From contig CAVSHR010000003.1 of NCBI GenBank assembly GCA_963727625.1, forward strand, positions 160,001-224,000: 64,000 bases of DNA, written 5' to 3'. How positions within the stretch are numbered: position 1 is the stretch's first letter; each line of letters opens with the position of its first letter. This DNA comes from an uncultured delta proteobacterium (GTDB lineage: Bacteria > Desulfobacterota > Binatia > UBA9968). The notes beneath the pieces are model-generated. The model saw only the letters and a list, made by a program, of their open reading frames with translations. It did no database searches and was not told the DNA's origin. Both the position numbers and the translations under genes were made by a program. Positions 51,601 through 60,905 of the stretch are shown here, piece after piece.

Positions 51601-52170
51601 GATCGCCGCGAGGCCTTCGGCCGCGTAGCGAGACGCCTCTTTCCATGAGACGCGCACAAACTGATCATTGCCACGATCATCGAAACGGAATTTCTGACGA
51701 AGCTCAGGGCGGTCCGAAAGCGAAGGGAAATTCGCGTCAGCCCATTCTTTCCATCCCTTGCGGATGACAGGCCCTTTGAGACGGTGAGGTCCGTAGACGC
51801 GCCGTTGAAACGTGTAACCCTTCAAACAGCCTCGCGGGTTCCAGTTTACCGATGCTTTGTTACCATAGAGATCGCCGTAATCGCCGTTGGTGTATTCTTG
51901 TTCGCTGCGCAGAACGATGCCGTTGCGAACGAAAGCCCGGAGCCTGCACATATGAGTGTCGTTAGGGCCGCACACCCAAGTGAAGCTTCGGTCATAGCGA
52001 TACTGATCACGGTAGATTTTTTCCCATTCGCGATTGGGATAGAAGGCCAGCGGATTTTCCACGCCGGCGATCGGCTGGAGGAGACGTAGAGCCAGAGCGG
52101 CCCGGCTAAAAAGAAGACCGGCGCCCGCCGTCGTTCCCGTCTTGAGAAAATCGCGTCTGGTCAGATCCAT
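48700..52170 (-). CDS. nxrA: Tat-exported Mo-bis-PGD alpha subunit, periplasmic NXR-like
   Basis: TRRDFLK Tat motif, NPL..YP.REWEKIYRDQY, FS0 motif CGPNDTHMC...PRGCLKG, Asp ligand in YTWRGDQ, GEGINHYFH, TPKSRHSTHS. Confidence 0.85.
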   Translation of the reverse strand: MDLTRRDFLKTGTTAGAGLLFSRAALALRLLQPIAGVENPLAFYPNREWEKIYRDQYRYDRSFTWVCGPNDTHMCRLRAFVRNGIVLRSEQEYTNGDYGDLYGNKASVNWNPRGCLKGYTFQRRVYGPHRLKGPVIRKGWKEWADANFPSLSDRPELRQKFRFDDRGNDQFVRVSWKEASRYAAEGLAAIAKTYSSESGKQRLLADGYDPLMLTHWNEAGTRTMKFGSNLPIHGVLGKFGIYRFVNMMALLDHHVRGVPEAKALGSRDWNEYTWRGDQAPGQPFVHGLQTSDCDFNDLRFTKLHIQVGKNLIENKMADSHWMTEIMERGGKIYVISPEYNAPATKCDTWIPVRPGLSDTAVFLGLSKILMDEGWYDADFVKHFSDMPFLIRTDTLKRLHAQELFPDYKASLDPNGPSFKLQNLSREQYDKLGDFVVFDAKSQSLKAVTRDDVGGRLVAKGIDPKLEWTGKTRLIDGTAVEVMTVWSIYKAHLKDYDLDTVEQISGAKKQVVHQLAKDLATIKPAAIHFGEGINHYFHATLHNRATYLPLILTGNIGVHGAGAFTWAGNYKGALFQASPWSGPGVGAYVHEDPFHPVLDEKARLTREQLRDTTEAEEPSYWGYGEKILSVDTPKGRKVFTGKSHLPCPTKMMWYNNANFINQSKWVYHLIVNVLPKVDMIVDQQIEWTGSAEYADLVLPANSWMEFETIECGGSCSNPFIQIWGGEGIKPLYDSKDDAAIFAGVAAALSDKFGDHRFRDYWKYVSEKKPQVYLQRVFDSSTTTRNQRESYGVDKIIKGGYGSPGTALMLFRTYPRVPFWEQVHDDVPFYTDTGRLNAYCDLPEAIEYGENLIVHREGPEATPYLPNVIVSTSPFVRPENYGIPLDAMDADLRSVRNVKMAWSEVKKSVNPLWTQGFRFFCSTPKSRHSTHSSWSTVDWNWIWSCNFGDPYRMDKRAPGVADRQIQLNPQAGMAMGLHDGDYVYVDANPVDRPYVGWKPDDSRYRAFRCMVRVKFNPALPYHFTVLKHTGWIATERTVRAHETRPDKRALAPETGYQASYRYGSHQSITRGWLPPMHQTDTLFHKKTGSVGFVFGFDVDNHAVNTVPKETLIRIVKAEDGGLEGKGIWETARTGRTPGAEADFMTRYLGGEMIKVNDK

Positions 52171-52377
52171 CCTCGCCCCCTTAGCTAGCCAAATTTTTTC
52201 ATTGACCGATCGTGGTCTCAGCCGTCCAAAAAACCCGGGCAAACCGAACGGCGCCGGACTTTATTGAGCCTTTCGAGCCGCGAGCTTTGCCAGGGTTGTG
52301 GCTTCGAACAGCCCAGAGTTTCATCTGGGTCGTACAGGAGTCAACGGACCACTTTAGTCCTTTAAGCTGTCGAAGGA

Positions 52378-52392
52378 GCAAAATCGGTACCA
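52378..52392 (-). promoter_or_regulatory. Sigma-54 promoter of the molybdoenzyme operon (about 195-nt leader)
   Basis: TGGTACCGATTTTGC. Confidence 0.65.
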
Positions 52393-52679
52393 ATACTAAG
52401 GACAATGTTTTCCCTCTGATTGTTTGTCAAAGCCGGAGAGAATTTTTCATGAAATAGGAAAATCCCGGTTGGATTTCCAAATTTTGCGACCTCGTTTTCG
52501 TGCGTCAGACAAATAGGTTCAAATCTTCTGATCACGATTCCTGAAATGAATTTGGGGTAATATCTTTATTCTGGAAAAACGAAATATTTTCGCCACGCCC
52601 AGATGGCCACGTACGCAGTTCAAGCCGGGTCAGCGTCAGAGCAAGATCAATCCGCCTCGACTCCTTGCTGGGTTTAGCA

Positions 52680-52966
52680 TTTGTTTTTGTTTCCTCGCCA
52701 GCCTTCACCGTGCCGTCTTGGCGAGCTTGCCGAGCGTCTCGTGCCAAACCTCGATGGTATGATTGCCCGCCGGAATGTCGCTGATCGTGAAATTGCCGCC
52801 CCTGTCGGTCGCAGCGATGTAGGGGTGATCGGCGACAACTCGACCAGACGGGGGTGCCGCCTAATGATGTCGCGAGCGATTCGGTGAGAGCCTGAGCGCC
52901 AAATGAAAAATACGATGCAGCGACCAACGCGATGAATAGCGAAACACTCCGCATTGCCCGATTCAT
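52680..52966 (-). pseudogene. Internally deleted secreted protein with a carboxypeptidase-regulatory-like domain
   Basis: Signal peptide MNRAMRSVSLFIALVAASYFSFGAQA; another frame gives HPYIAATDRGGNFTISDIPAGNHTIEVWHETLG. Confidence 0.6.
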
Positions 52967-53238
52967 CGCTAGCCCCAGTTTAGTAAGGGATGATTTTCCT
53001 CATCGAACAAATTCAAGACTATTGACGAACCGCGGATGTCCTAGGAGGCTACAGCGAGACCGGCAGAACATTCCCGTTTTTAGGAAGGCGAATTCTCTTC
53101 TTTACCAAACAATGGAAAAACCAATTGTGAACTCTGCAAGGGAAGGTGTCTAGGAACCATTCTTGATTACGTCGCGGACGCCCTTATTGCTAACAATAAT
53201 CTCGAGATTTTGACACTTCTCTAAAACAAACAACTGTG

Positions 53239-53253
53239 TGGCATGTAATCTGC
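53239..53253 (+). promoter_or_regulatory. Sigma-54 promoter, implying an almost leaderless transcript
   Basis: TGGCATGTAATCTGC ends 14 bp before the ATG at 53268; no Shine-Dalgarno. Confidence 0.55.
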
Positions 53254-53267
53254 ACAGCTTCATATCC

Positions 53268-54458
53268 ATGGATTTTAATGAGCGGCCGTTTACCGTCATT
53301 TGGGAAACGACACGGGCTTGCGATCTCGCATGCATTCACTGCCGCGCGGAAGCCCGCGCGCGGCGCGATCCGGAGGAACTGAACTTTGCGGAAGTCCAAG
53401 GACTGATCCAAGGCATCAAAGAGTTCGGTTCGCCCCATCCGATCTTTGTCTTAACCGGCGGCGATCCGGCTAAGCGTCCGGATATTTTTGACATCATCAA
53501 GTACGCTCGAAGCGAAGGTCTCCGCGTGGCCATGACGCCGTCAGCTACGCCGTTGATCACGCGCGATACGGTTCGCCGTTTCGCCGAGGCGGGACTGGTT
53601 CGTCTCGCCGTGAGCTTGGATGGCAAAGATGCCGCCGCCCACGACGGCTTTCGAGGCGTCCATGGTTCATTTGAGCGGACCCTGAAAATTCTCGATTGGT
53701 GCCGCGATTTCGGTCTGGAGTCGCAGATCCACACGACTGTAACCCGCCATGTGTTGGCCGATTTACCGGCGGTCGCGGCGATGATCGCCGAGCGCGGTAT
53801 CAAACTCTGGGCGCTCTTTCTGCTCATCGCAGTTGGCCGGGCGGCGCGCCCGGAGATTCGCCGGCTCAATATCACTGCGCGCGAGGTCGAGTCACTGTTT
53901 CATTGGCTATACGATCTGAACAAATCAGCCCCGTTTGATGTCACGCCGCGCGAAGGCTATCACTACCGGCGCGTGCTATTGCAGCGACGCGCGGCTGAAT
54001 TGGCCATGCCCGTGGAGCAACTTTTCACCGAGGCATACGACAGGTCATGGACACCGTCAGAGGTCGCGCCAAACGCCAAGGCGACCAAGATTCTGCGCGC
54101 CCCCCTCGGCGTCAACGATGGTCGAGGCGTCGTATTCATTTCTCACACTGGTGATGTTCAACCAAGCGGCTTTTTGAATCTCGCCGGAGGCAATATTCGC
54201 TCTCAGTCATTGTCGGAAATCTACCGATCGTCAGATTCGTTTATCCGCGTGCGCGACTACACGCAGCTCAAAGGCAAGTGCGGCGTGTGCGAGTTCAAAT
54301 CGATCTGTGGTGGTAGCCGCTCGCGAGCTTACGCGATCACCGGCGATCCCATGAGCAGCGATCCCTACTGTGTTTATCAGCCGGCGGCTTGGCAAGCTCG
54401 GCACTCCACGGCAAGGGCTCAAGCCGAAAATCGCGGGCGGCTGGGACACGCGAACTAA
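53268..54458 (+). CDS. Radical SAM/SPASM protein, Ahb/NirJ haem-biosynthesis-like
   Basis: VIWETTRACDLACIHCRA, LTGGDP, HDGFRG, GVNDGRG.VFISH.G.V.PSGFL, GKCGVCEFKSICGGSRSRA...DPYC. Confidence 0.85.
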   Translation: MDFNERPFTVIWETTRACDLACIHCRAEARARRDPEELNFAEVQGLIQGIKEFGSPHPIFVLTGGDPAKRPDIFDIIKYARSEGLRVAMTPSATPLITRDTVRRFAEAGLVRLAVSLDGKDAAAHDGFRGVHGSFERTLKILDWCRDFGLESQIHTTVTRHVLADLPAVAAMIAERGIKLWALFLLIAVGRAARPEIRRLNITAREVESLFHWLYDLNKSAPFDVTPREGYHYRRVLLQRRAAELAMPVEQLFTEAYDRSWTPSEVAPNAKATKILRAPLGVNDGRGVVFISHTGDVQPSGFLNLAGGNIRSQSLSEIYRSSDSFIRVRDYTQLKGKCGVCEFKSICGGSRSRAYAITGDPMSSDPYCVYQPAAWQARHSTARAQAENRGRLGHAN

Positions 54459-54490
54459 GAGTTAGAAAAGCAGCCAAAAGGAGAAAGAAT

Positions 54491-55075
54491 ATGGAACCTA
54501 CGACCTCCCATGGTTGCGCTGGCAGCCATCAAGCCGAGAAACCGACGGCGATTCTCAGCGATGAGCATCGCATCATCGAACGGGTGCTCGGCGCCGTCGA
54601 GAAGCTGGCGAAAGGTTCGGTAGGCCCACTGGACCCTTGGAAGAAGGCGCTCGATTTTATCCGCCGCTTTGCCGATCAGTGCCATCACATCAAGGAAGAA
54701 AAGGTTCTGTTTCCGGCCATGGAGGCGCATGGGATTCCGAACGAAGACGGGCCCATCGGAATGATGCTGATGGAACACGAGGAAGCGCGATCGTACGTGC
54801 GAGCCATGCTCGCGGCAATTACTCTGATCGAAAGCAACAACGAGGCCGGTAAAACAAGCCTTATCAGCAGCGCGCAAGCCTACTGCCGTCTACTGCGCGA
54901 GCATATCCAAAAGGAAGACGAGATTCTGTTTCGCATGGCTGACGAGGCGATTCCCGCCGAAGAACAGAAAAAGCTCTCGGCAGCTTTCGCTCAGCACGAG
55001 GCCGAAGAAATGGGCGCGGGAGTCCATGATAAATATCTGAAGATCGCGGCGGAATTGGAAGGCGTCACGAGATAA
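54491..55075 (+). CDS. Hemerythrin-domain protein
   Basis: EH..I, HHIKEE.VLFP, EHEEAR, HIQKED.ILF. Confidence 0.9.
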   Translation: MEPTTSHGCAGSHQAEKPTAILSDEHRIIERVLGAVEKLAKGSVGPLDPWKKALDFIRRFADQCHHIKEEKVLFPAMEAHGIPNEDGPIGMMLMEHEEARSYVRAMLAAITLIESNNEAGKTSLISSAQAYCRLLREHIQKEDEILFRMADEAIPAEEQKKLSAAFAQHEAEEMGAGVHDKYLKIAAELEGVTR

Positions 55076-55189
55076 AGCCAATTCATGACCCCGTTGCCGA
55101 GCACGGCAGAGCCACCGTGGGCGCTTCATAAGTCAATTAGGAGGGCCGTCTTTATAAACCGATCGATGGCTATTAGGAAGGGAGTTGTT

Positions 55190-56191
55190 ATGAAGAGGTT
55201 GATGATCATCTTTATTTCCTTGGTCGGGTTTATTCAAATCGCGCCTTCCTATGGCGCTTCACTCTATGAAGGCAAGACGATCACCATCGTCGTTGGCTAC
55301 AAACCGGGAGGGGGCTATGACAGGTATGCGCGCCTCATCGGCAAATATCTGCCCAAATACATCCCGGGAAGTCCCGGTGCTATTGTCCAGAATATGCCGG
55401 GAGCGAGCAGTGTCATTGCGGCGAATCATCTTTTTAGCGTCGCCAAGCCCGACGGTCTGACAATCGGGACTTTTAATAATGCTACGGTCATTGCGCAATT
55501 GATCAAAGTTGCAGGAGTGAGGTTCGATTTAACCAAGTTTGCTTGGTTGGGCAGTGCTGCCAGCGATGCAGTGATCCTCAGCGTGCGCTCCGATCTGCCG
55601 TACAAGACCGCGGACGACTTGCGAAAGGTCAAGCAGTTCGTGATCGGCACCACCGGACCCGGAAGCTCGACCCATGATTTCCCTGCGCTCCTAGATGAGT
55701 TCGCTGGTTTCGACTTCAAGCTTGTCCCCGGTTATTCGTCGAGCGCGGACGTAATGCTCGCCCTCGAGCGTAAAGAGGTGGACGGCCGGGCCGGATCTTA
55801 CGATTCGATCAAGCCCTTTATCGAACGTGGTCTGGTGCGTCCTATTATTCGCAATCGGACCTCGGCTCCGGGGATCGAAAAACTACCGGTCGACGAAGAT
55901 CTTGCAACGAGTCAAAACGGCAAGCTCATCATGGCTGTCAACGCAGTCCCGACGCAAATCTACCGGCCATTCGTAGCACCTCCGGGAACAGCTACGGACG
56001 CGATAAAAATCCTGCGCGACGCATTTGCCAAAGCGCTCAAGGACAAAGATCTCCTTGCGGAAGCTAAGAAGGGCAAGATGACCATCGATTACGTGTCGCC
56101 GGAGGAGGCTATGAAGGTTGTCTCCGAGGTTTTAAGTCAACCACCGGCCGTAGTCCAGGAGTTGGCGAAACATATCAAGTTTGGGGAATGA
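55190..56191 (+). CDS. tctC: Tripartite tricarboxylate transporter substrate-binding protein (Bug/TctC)
   Basis: Signal peptide, IVVGYKPGGGYDRYAR, QNMPGA, KPDGLTI, APPGT. Confidence 0.88.
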   Translation: MKRLMIIFISLVGFIQIAPSYGASLYEGKTITIVVGYKPGGGYDRYARLIGKYLPKYIPGSPGAIVQNMPGASSVIAANHLFSVAKPDGLTIGTFNNATVIAQLIKVAGVRFDLTKFAWLGSAASDAVILSVRSDLPYKTADDLRKVKQFVIGTTGPGSSTHDFPALLDEFAGFDFKLVPGYSSSADVMLALERKEVDGRAGSYDSIKPFIERGLVRPIIRNRTSAPGIEKLPVDEDLATSQNGKLIMAVNAVPTQIYRPFVAPPGTATDAIKILRDAFAKALKDKDLLAEAKKGKMTIDYVSPEEAMKVVSEVLSQPPAVVQELAKHIKFGE

Positions 56192-56223
56192 GACCTTGCA
56201 CCAACTAGAAATTTGCGAAGGGG

Positions 56224-56247
56224 AGAGCGCGGCTTGATCCGCGCTTT
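56224..56247 (+). terminator. Stem-loop between tctC and tctA
   Basis: AGCGCGG-CTTGAT-CCGCGCT followed by a short T run. Confidence 0.45.
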
Positions 56248-56277
56248 CCGCTTAAGGGAAAGCTAGCGGCCTTAACG

Positions 56278-57789
56278 ATGCTCGATGCGTTTGTCCAAGG
56301 GCTGTTCGTAATCTTTCAATGGCACACTTTTCTCATGATGCTGTTGGGCATCTTTCTAGGCTTCTGGGTGGGACTGCTCCCGGGTCTCGGCGGCTCTACC
56401 ACCCTGGCTCTGATGCTTCCCTTTATTTACAAAATGACGCCTGTGGAAGCCTTTGCATTCCTGTTGGGGATGCACTCGGTGGTCTCCACCACTGGAGACA
56501 TCACATCGGTGCTATTTGGAATTCCCGGCGAGGGGACCACCGCAGCAACGATTTTGGACGGTCACGCAATGGCAAAAAATGGCGAGGCCGGACGGGCACT
56601 GGGAGCGGCGCTCATGAGTTCCCTGATCGGCGCCGTGATTGGCGCCTTTGCCTTGGCTCTGGCGATCCCGGTCGTGCGCCCGCTGGTCCTCTCATTCGGG
56701 GCGCCGGAACTGTTCATGCTTGCCATTGTCGGCATCGCCTTTATCTCGTCGCTGAGCGGGCAGGGGGGACGGGCCTTGTTGCGCGGAATTCTCGCCGGGC
56801 TTTTGGGACTCTTGTTCGCTCTCGTGGGTCAAGACCCGCAGGCCGGCGTTCTGCGCTTCACCTTCGGCCAGCTCTATCTATGGAACGGGCTCGACTTGAT
56901 CCCGGTTTTGGTGGGCGTCTTCGCCATTCCCGAGATCATTGACCTCGCCGTCAGAGGAACCTCGATCGCAGGCGAACTGCCGCCTGAGAATCTTGGCAGA
57001 GGCGTTTGGGTCGGGGTCAAAGATACCTTCGTGCATTTTTGGCTAACCGTCCGATGCAGCCTCTTGGGCACCTTCATCGGAATCATGCCGGGTTTAGGTG
57101 GCGGGGTGGCGCAGTGGATCGCGTACGGCCATGCGGTGCAGAGCGCGCGCACCAGCGAGGAGCGAGCCGGATTCGGCAAAGGAGACATCCGGGGGGTATT
57201 GGGTCCGGGCGCCGCCAATAACTCCAAAGAAGGAGGGTCCCTTATCCCAACCATTGCGTTTGGAGTTCCCGGCAGCTCATCCATGGCGATTCTCCTGGGC
57301 GCGTTTTTCCTTCTCGGGATCATGCCGGGACCTGACATGTTGGATAAGCATCTCGTTCTTACCTTTTCCATGGTCTGGACAATGGTCGTCGCCAATATTA
57401 TTACCGTTGCCGTCAGCCTTTTTTTTCTAAATTACCTGGCCATGCTTACGTTGATCCGCGGCACAGTGCTTATCCCATTCATTCTTTTCTTCGCTTTCAT
57501 TGGGGCCTATACCTCAAACAATCATCTAGGCGATTTGTTGGTTTTTCTCGCGTTCGGCTTTCTCGGCTATCTCATGATCAAATGCGGCTGGCCTCGAGCC
57601 CCGCTGGTTCTCGGCTTTGTTTTGGGCAGGATAGCGGAGAACAATTTTTACATTTCAACCATTCGCTACGGCCCCTCCTGGATTCTCCGCCCGTTGGTCC
57701 TGGTTCTCATCGCTTTGTCGGTAATCGTGCTTTTTTTTCCTTTTATGCGCTTTAAGGGGCGACCGTTGGCCGGGGGAAATGAACCGTGA
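56278..57789 (+). CDS. tctA: Tripartite tricarboxylate transporter large permease
   Basis: GLLPGLG, GIPG....ATILDG, ANNSKEGGSLIPTIAFGVPGS, PGP. Confidence 0.93.
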   Translation: MLDAFVQGLFVIFQWHTFLMMLLGIFLGFWVGLLPGLGGSTTLALMLPFIYKMTPVEAFAFLLGMHSVVSTTGDITSVLFGIPGEGTTAATILDGHAMAKNGEAGRALGAALMSSLIGAVIGAFALALAIPVVRPLVLSFGAPELFMLAIVGIAFISSLSGQGGRALLRGILAGLLGLLFALVGQDPQAGVLRFTFGQLYLWNGLDLIPVLVGVFAIPEIIDLAVRGTSIAGELPPENLGRGVWVGVKDTFVHFWLTVRCSLLGTFIGIMPGLGGGVAQWIAYGHAVQSARTSEERAGFGKGDIRGVLGPGAANNSKEGGSLIPTIAFGVPGSSSMAILLGAFFLLGIMPGPDMLDKHLVLTFSMVWTMVVANIITVAVSLFFLNYLAMLTLIRGTVLIPFILFFAFIGAYTSNNHLGDLLVFLAFGFLGYLMIKCGWPRAPLVLGFVLGRIAENNFYISTIRYGPSWILRPLVLVLIALSVIVLFFPFMRFKGRPLAGGNEP

Positions 57790-58268
57790 GGCGTCTTTTG
57801 AATCTTCGCTGCGCCCTCAGTTTAGCGACCGCATGTGTTGCCGGGTATGCGCTATACGCTTCATGGAGTTGGCCGTTCCGAACGGCGCTCTTCCCAAGGG
57901 TTATCGCGCTTCCGATTCTTTTCCTTGCCCTGATTGAATTGGCCCTGAATATCTGGAGCATCGAAGGAGAACGCGAGGGTCATGCGGTGGATTTCCAACT
58001 CACCGACACCGTTGAGCCTGCCTTGGCTAGGAAGAGAACGATAGCTATAACTATGTGGACGGTGGGCTTTCTGTTGCTCATTCTTTTGGTTGGCTTTCCT
58101 CTCGCAGTTCCGATCTTTGTTTTTGCTTATTTGAAACTAGCCGGCCGAGAGCCCTGGACGCTCACCATTGCTTTAACGGCAATTTCCTGGCTTTCCATGG
58201 AAGGCTTTTTCACCAGACTTCTCCATCTGCCATTCCCGGAAGGCTGGATTTTTGGATTCTTGAGTTAG
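57786..58268 (+). CDS. tctB: Tripartite tricarboxylate transporter small permease
   Basis: Four TM helices, LFP, C-terminal F..LL.LPFPEG; overlaps tctA. Confidence 0.85.
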   Translation: MRRLLNLRCALSLATACVAGYALYASWSWPFRTALFPRVIALPILFLALIELALNIWSIEGEREGHAVDFQLTDTVEPALARKRTIAITMWTVGFLLLILLVGFPLAVPIFVFAYLKLAGREPWTLTIALTAISWLSMEGFFTRLLHLPFPEGWIFGFLS

Positions 58269-58304
58269 CGCTTGCGCCGTTAGCGGCGATAAAGGCAGGG
58301 CCTC

Positions 58305-58967
58305 ATGATTTCCAACGCAGCAGCGCACGCCTTGCCGCAACGCACCCAATCCGTCGGAGAGGAAATCGCAAACGCCGTCAGTCACGGTGTCGGTTTGCTG
58401 GCGGCAGTGGTTGCGGCCCCAGTCCTCGTGGCTACCGCCGTTCAGCGCGGCGGGATTGTTGAAATCGTGAGCGCGAGCGTCTTCGGGACGACGATGGTGC
58501 TGGTGTACCTCACATCCACCCTGTACCACGCGTTGCCAAGAAATAGAGCCAAGCGGGTATTCCGGATTCTCGATCATGGAGCAATCTTCCTCCTGATCGC
58601 CGGCACCTACACCCCGTTCATGCTCGGCCCGCTGCGTGGAACCTGGGGTTGGACACTGCTCGGGCTGGTGTGGGGTATGGCCATCGCCGGAATCGTTCTC
58701 AAGGCCGTTTGCGGTGTCCGCTACCCGAAACTTTCGACATTCCTATATATCGCCATGGGCTGGCTGGTCATTATCGCGATTGAGCCGTTGTGGCTCAAGG
58801 TGCCAATGTCGGGTTTCTTTTGGCTATTAGCAGGCGGTGTCGCGTATACGGCGGGCGTTGCATTCTTTGCGCCGCAGCGGCTCCGCTACAGCCATTTTGT
58901 CTGGCATCTATTTGTTCTCGCGGGCACCGCGTGTCATTTTACCGCGGTGCTGTGGTACGCGGTCTAA
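58305..58967 (+). CDS. Hemolysin III / PAQR family membrane protein
   Basis: EEIANAVSH, STLYH, DHGAIFLLIAGTYTP, HFVWHLFV. Confidence 0.93.
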   Translation: MISNAAAHALPQRTQSVGEEIANAVSHGVGLLAAVVAAPVLVATAVQRGGIVEIVSASVFGTTMVLVYLTSTLYHALPRNRAKRVFRILDHGAIFLLIAGTYTPFMLGPLRGTWGWTLLGLVWGMAIAGIVLKAVCGVRYPKLSTFLYIAMGWLVIIAIEPLWLKVPMSGFFWLLAGGVAYTAGVAFFAPQRLRYSHFVWHLFVLAGTACHFTAVLWYAV

Positions 58968-59150
58968 CGTGGGCTCCCCGTCTTGGCTATCGCGGAAATG
59001 TAGCAGTCCGCCGTGGACGCTCGTTTTGCTGAATTGAAGGCTCCTCTGGGATTCAGCATGCAGTTTCTGCTTTTCCCGTGCTCCACCGGCACAGCTGCTT
59101 CTCTCCGAGTGCTGTGTTCTCACACGCGCTGGTTTGCATCGGACAACAAC

Positions 59151-60596
59151 TTATAGGTCGATCAAATCGGCGGCTGCCTGGTAAGTCTCGAATTTCATCC
59201 TGACGTAAGGCGATGTATAGCCGTTGCGAATGCGCTCGATGCGATTGGGACGGCGATAAAACTCGCGGTTAGCCCAAGCGGAAAGTTTCCCCAGCTTCTC
59301 GCGGGAGAGATATCGAGTCGGCATGATCGAATGGAGCGCGTCCCAATTCTGTAAATCGAGATTCTCGATGCGCTCTTCTCTCATCGCTTGCCTCCAGACG
59401 GGCGAGCCGGGCAGAGGGGTGAGGAGCATCAAGACGCCGGTATCCGGATCGATCTCATCGACCACCTTGAACCGGTGCTTAATTTTTTCCGCATCGTCCT
59501 GCCAAAAGCCGTTCATATACGTCCCCACAGTGGCGATGTCATTGCTCCGAAGGAGCTGCACCAGCTCCTTCAAGTCTGCAATGGTGTAGCGCTCTTTGCT
59601 CTTGTGAATATTGGCCAATTCTTCATCGGTTCCCGCTTCGATGCCGAAGAGCACCTGGTAACAGCCGGCTTTTCTCATTCTCGGAACAAGGTCGGCGTCG
59701 CGGATGAGGTTGCGCGCCCGGCCCATGAAAAACCACTGGATGTCGAGATCGCGATTTTCCAACTCGTCCAAAAGATCCAGCATCTTCTGGCGGTCGGAGT
59801 TAAAATCGTCGTCCAAAAAGTTAAGCGCCTTAACGCCGTACGATTTGTTTAGGATTTCCATCTCGTCGGCGACCCGTTTGCCGCTGCGGGTTCTATGCAG
59901 GAAAAAATCTCCGCTGCGGCGCGGATCAATAAGGCCCCACTCGTAGCAAAAATTGCACGCGCCTTCGCAGCCACGGCTGGTCACGGCTTCGTTGAAGTGC
60001 TCGATCCGTGAGAAACCGACGTATTGGTCCAGTGGAAACAGATCGTAGGCTGGCATGGGCAATGTGTCGAGCTCGGGAATAAGCGGGCGGGGAGCGGTCA
60101 ACCGGATTTCCGAGCCGCGCCTGTAGGCGAGCCCGCTGATTTCCGCGACGTTAGGCCGCCGGCATTGAAGTTCAGCGAGCAGCTCCGCCAATGTGAGTTC
60201 CGCTTCGCCGAGGAGGATATAATCGACTTGTGGCGAGAAGGTGAGAACCTCTTTGGCCAGCGCCGAGACGCCCAGCCCGCCGAGGATCGTTACGACCTGA
60301 GGCAAGTGTTCCTTGAGCAATGCCATGGTCTCGATGAAGCGGACCAGCGGCGTGGCGCCGCCGTCGGTGACCAAACGGGTGCCGAGAAAGATCGCGTCGG
60401 GCGCCGCGGGTTTGATGTGATCAAGCATCGCCGCCGTGTCCAGCCCGAGAGCGCGGCAATCGAGAACCGCTACCGCCGCGGCATCCTGCTGGCGGACATA
60501 GGCTGCCAGTTGGGCGTGCAGCGGATTGCAAGCAACATGTTTGGTTCCCCAGCGCATCCAGTTTTCCATCGGTGGGGTTAAGAACAGTAATTTCAT
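59151..60596 (-). CDS. Cobalamin-binding radical SAM protein (class B)
   Basis: B12 domain (ILGG, GEAE), PMPAYDL, TSRGCEGACNFC, LDDDF, FGIE, TPLPGS. Confidence 0.9.
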   Translation of the reverse strand: MKLLFLTPPMENWMRWGTKHVACNPLHAQLAAYVRQQDAAAVAVLDCRALGLDTAAMLDHIKPAAPDAIFLGTRLVTDGGATPLVRFIETMALLKEHLPQVVTILGGLGVSALAKEVLTFSPQVDYILLGEAELTLAELLAELQCRRPNVAEISGLAYRRGSEIRLTAPRPLIPELDTLPMPAYDLFPLDQYVGFSRIEHFNEAVTSRGCEGACNFCYEWGLIDPRRSGDFFLHRTRSGKRVADEMEILNKSYGVKALNFLDDDFNSDRQKMLDLLDELENRDLDIQWFFMGRARNLIRDADLVPRMRKAGCYQVLFGIEAGTDEELANIHKSKERYTIADLKELVQLLRSNDIATVGTYMNGFWQDDAEKIKHRFKVVDEIDPDTGVLMLLTPLPGSPVWRQAMREERIENLDLQNWDALHSIMPTRYLSREKLGKLSAWANREFYRRPNRIERIRNGYTSPYVRMKFETYQAAADLIDL

Positions 60597-60638
60597 TTCA
60601 ACCTCGGCATGACGAAAAGTGGGACTAGAAACTTTAAG

Positions 60639-60653
60639 TATTGATTATCAATA
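60639..60653. promoter_or_regulatory. Perfect 7-1-7 AT-rich palindrome (operator candidate)
   Basis: TATTGAT-T-ATCAATA, 42 bp upstream of the B12 radical SAM start. Confidence 0.5.
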
Positions 60654-60852
60654 TACGAGCAATATCCGGGCCGACTCGTCAGGATGCCGATGTTTGGGCG
60701 TCCGTCAGAGCAGAACAAAGAGCCCGCATGATTCGAATCGCGCCGCCGCTGTTCTCTGATCTGGGAATAATCAATTGAAATTTTCCAAATTCTACGAATG
60801 AAACATCCGCAGGCAGCGCGAGACTTCAGTGAGTTATCACCCCAGTCGCGGC

Positions 60853-60867
60853 TGGCCTGGATATTGC
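60853..60867 (+). promoter_or_regulatory. Sigma-54 promoter of aceA-glcB
   Basis: TGGCCTGGATATTGC, 38 bp upstream of the ATG. Confidence 0.6.
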
Positions 60868-60905
60868 GGCAATTGGTTAAATAAATCACCGGCGGGGTAT
60901 GCTTC

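Noticed and set aside
52171-52377. Canonical Moco or c-di-GMP riboswitch
   Set aside because: Consensus segments could not be matched by eye; kept only as an unclassified structured leader.
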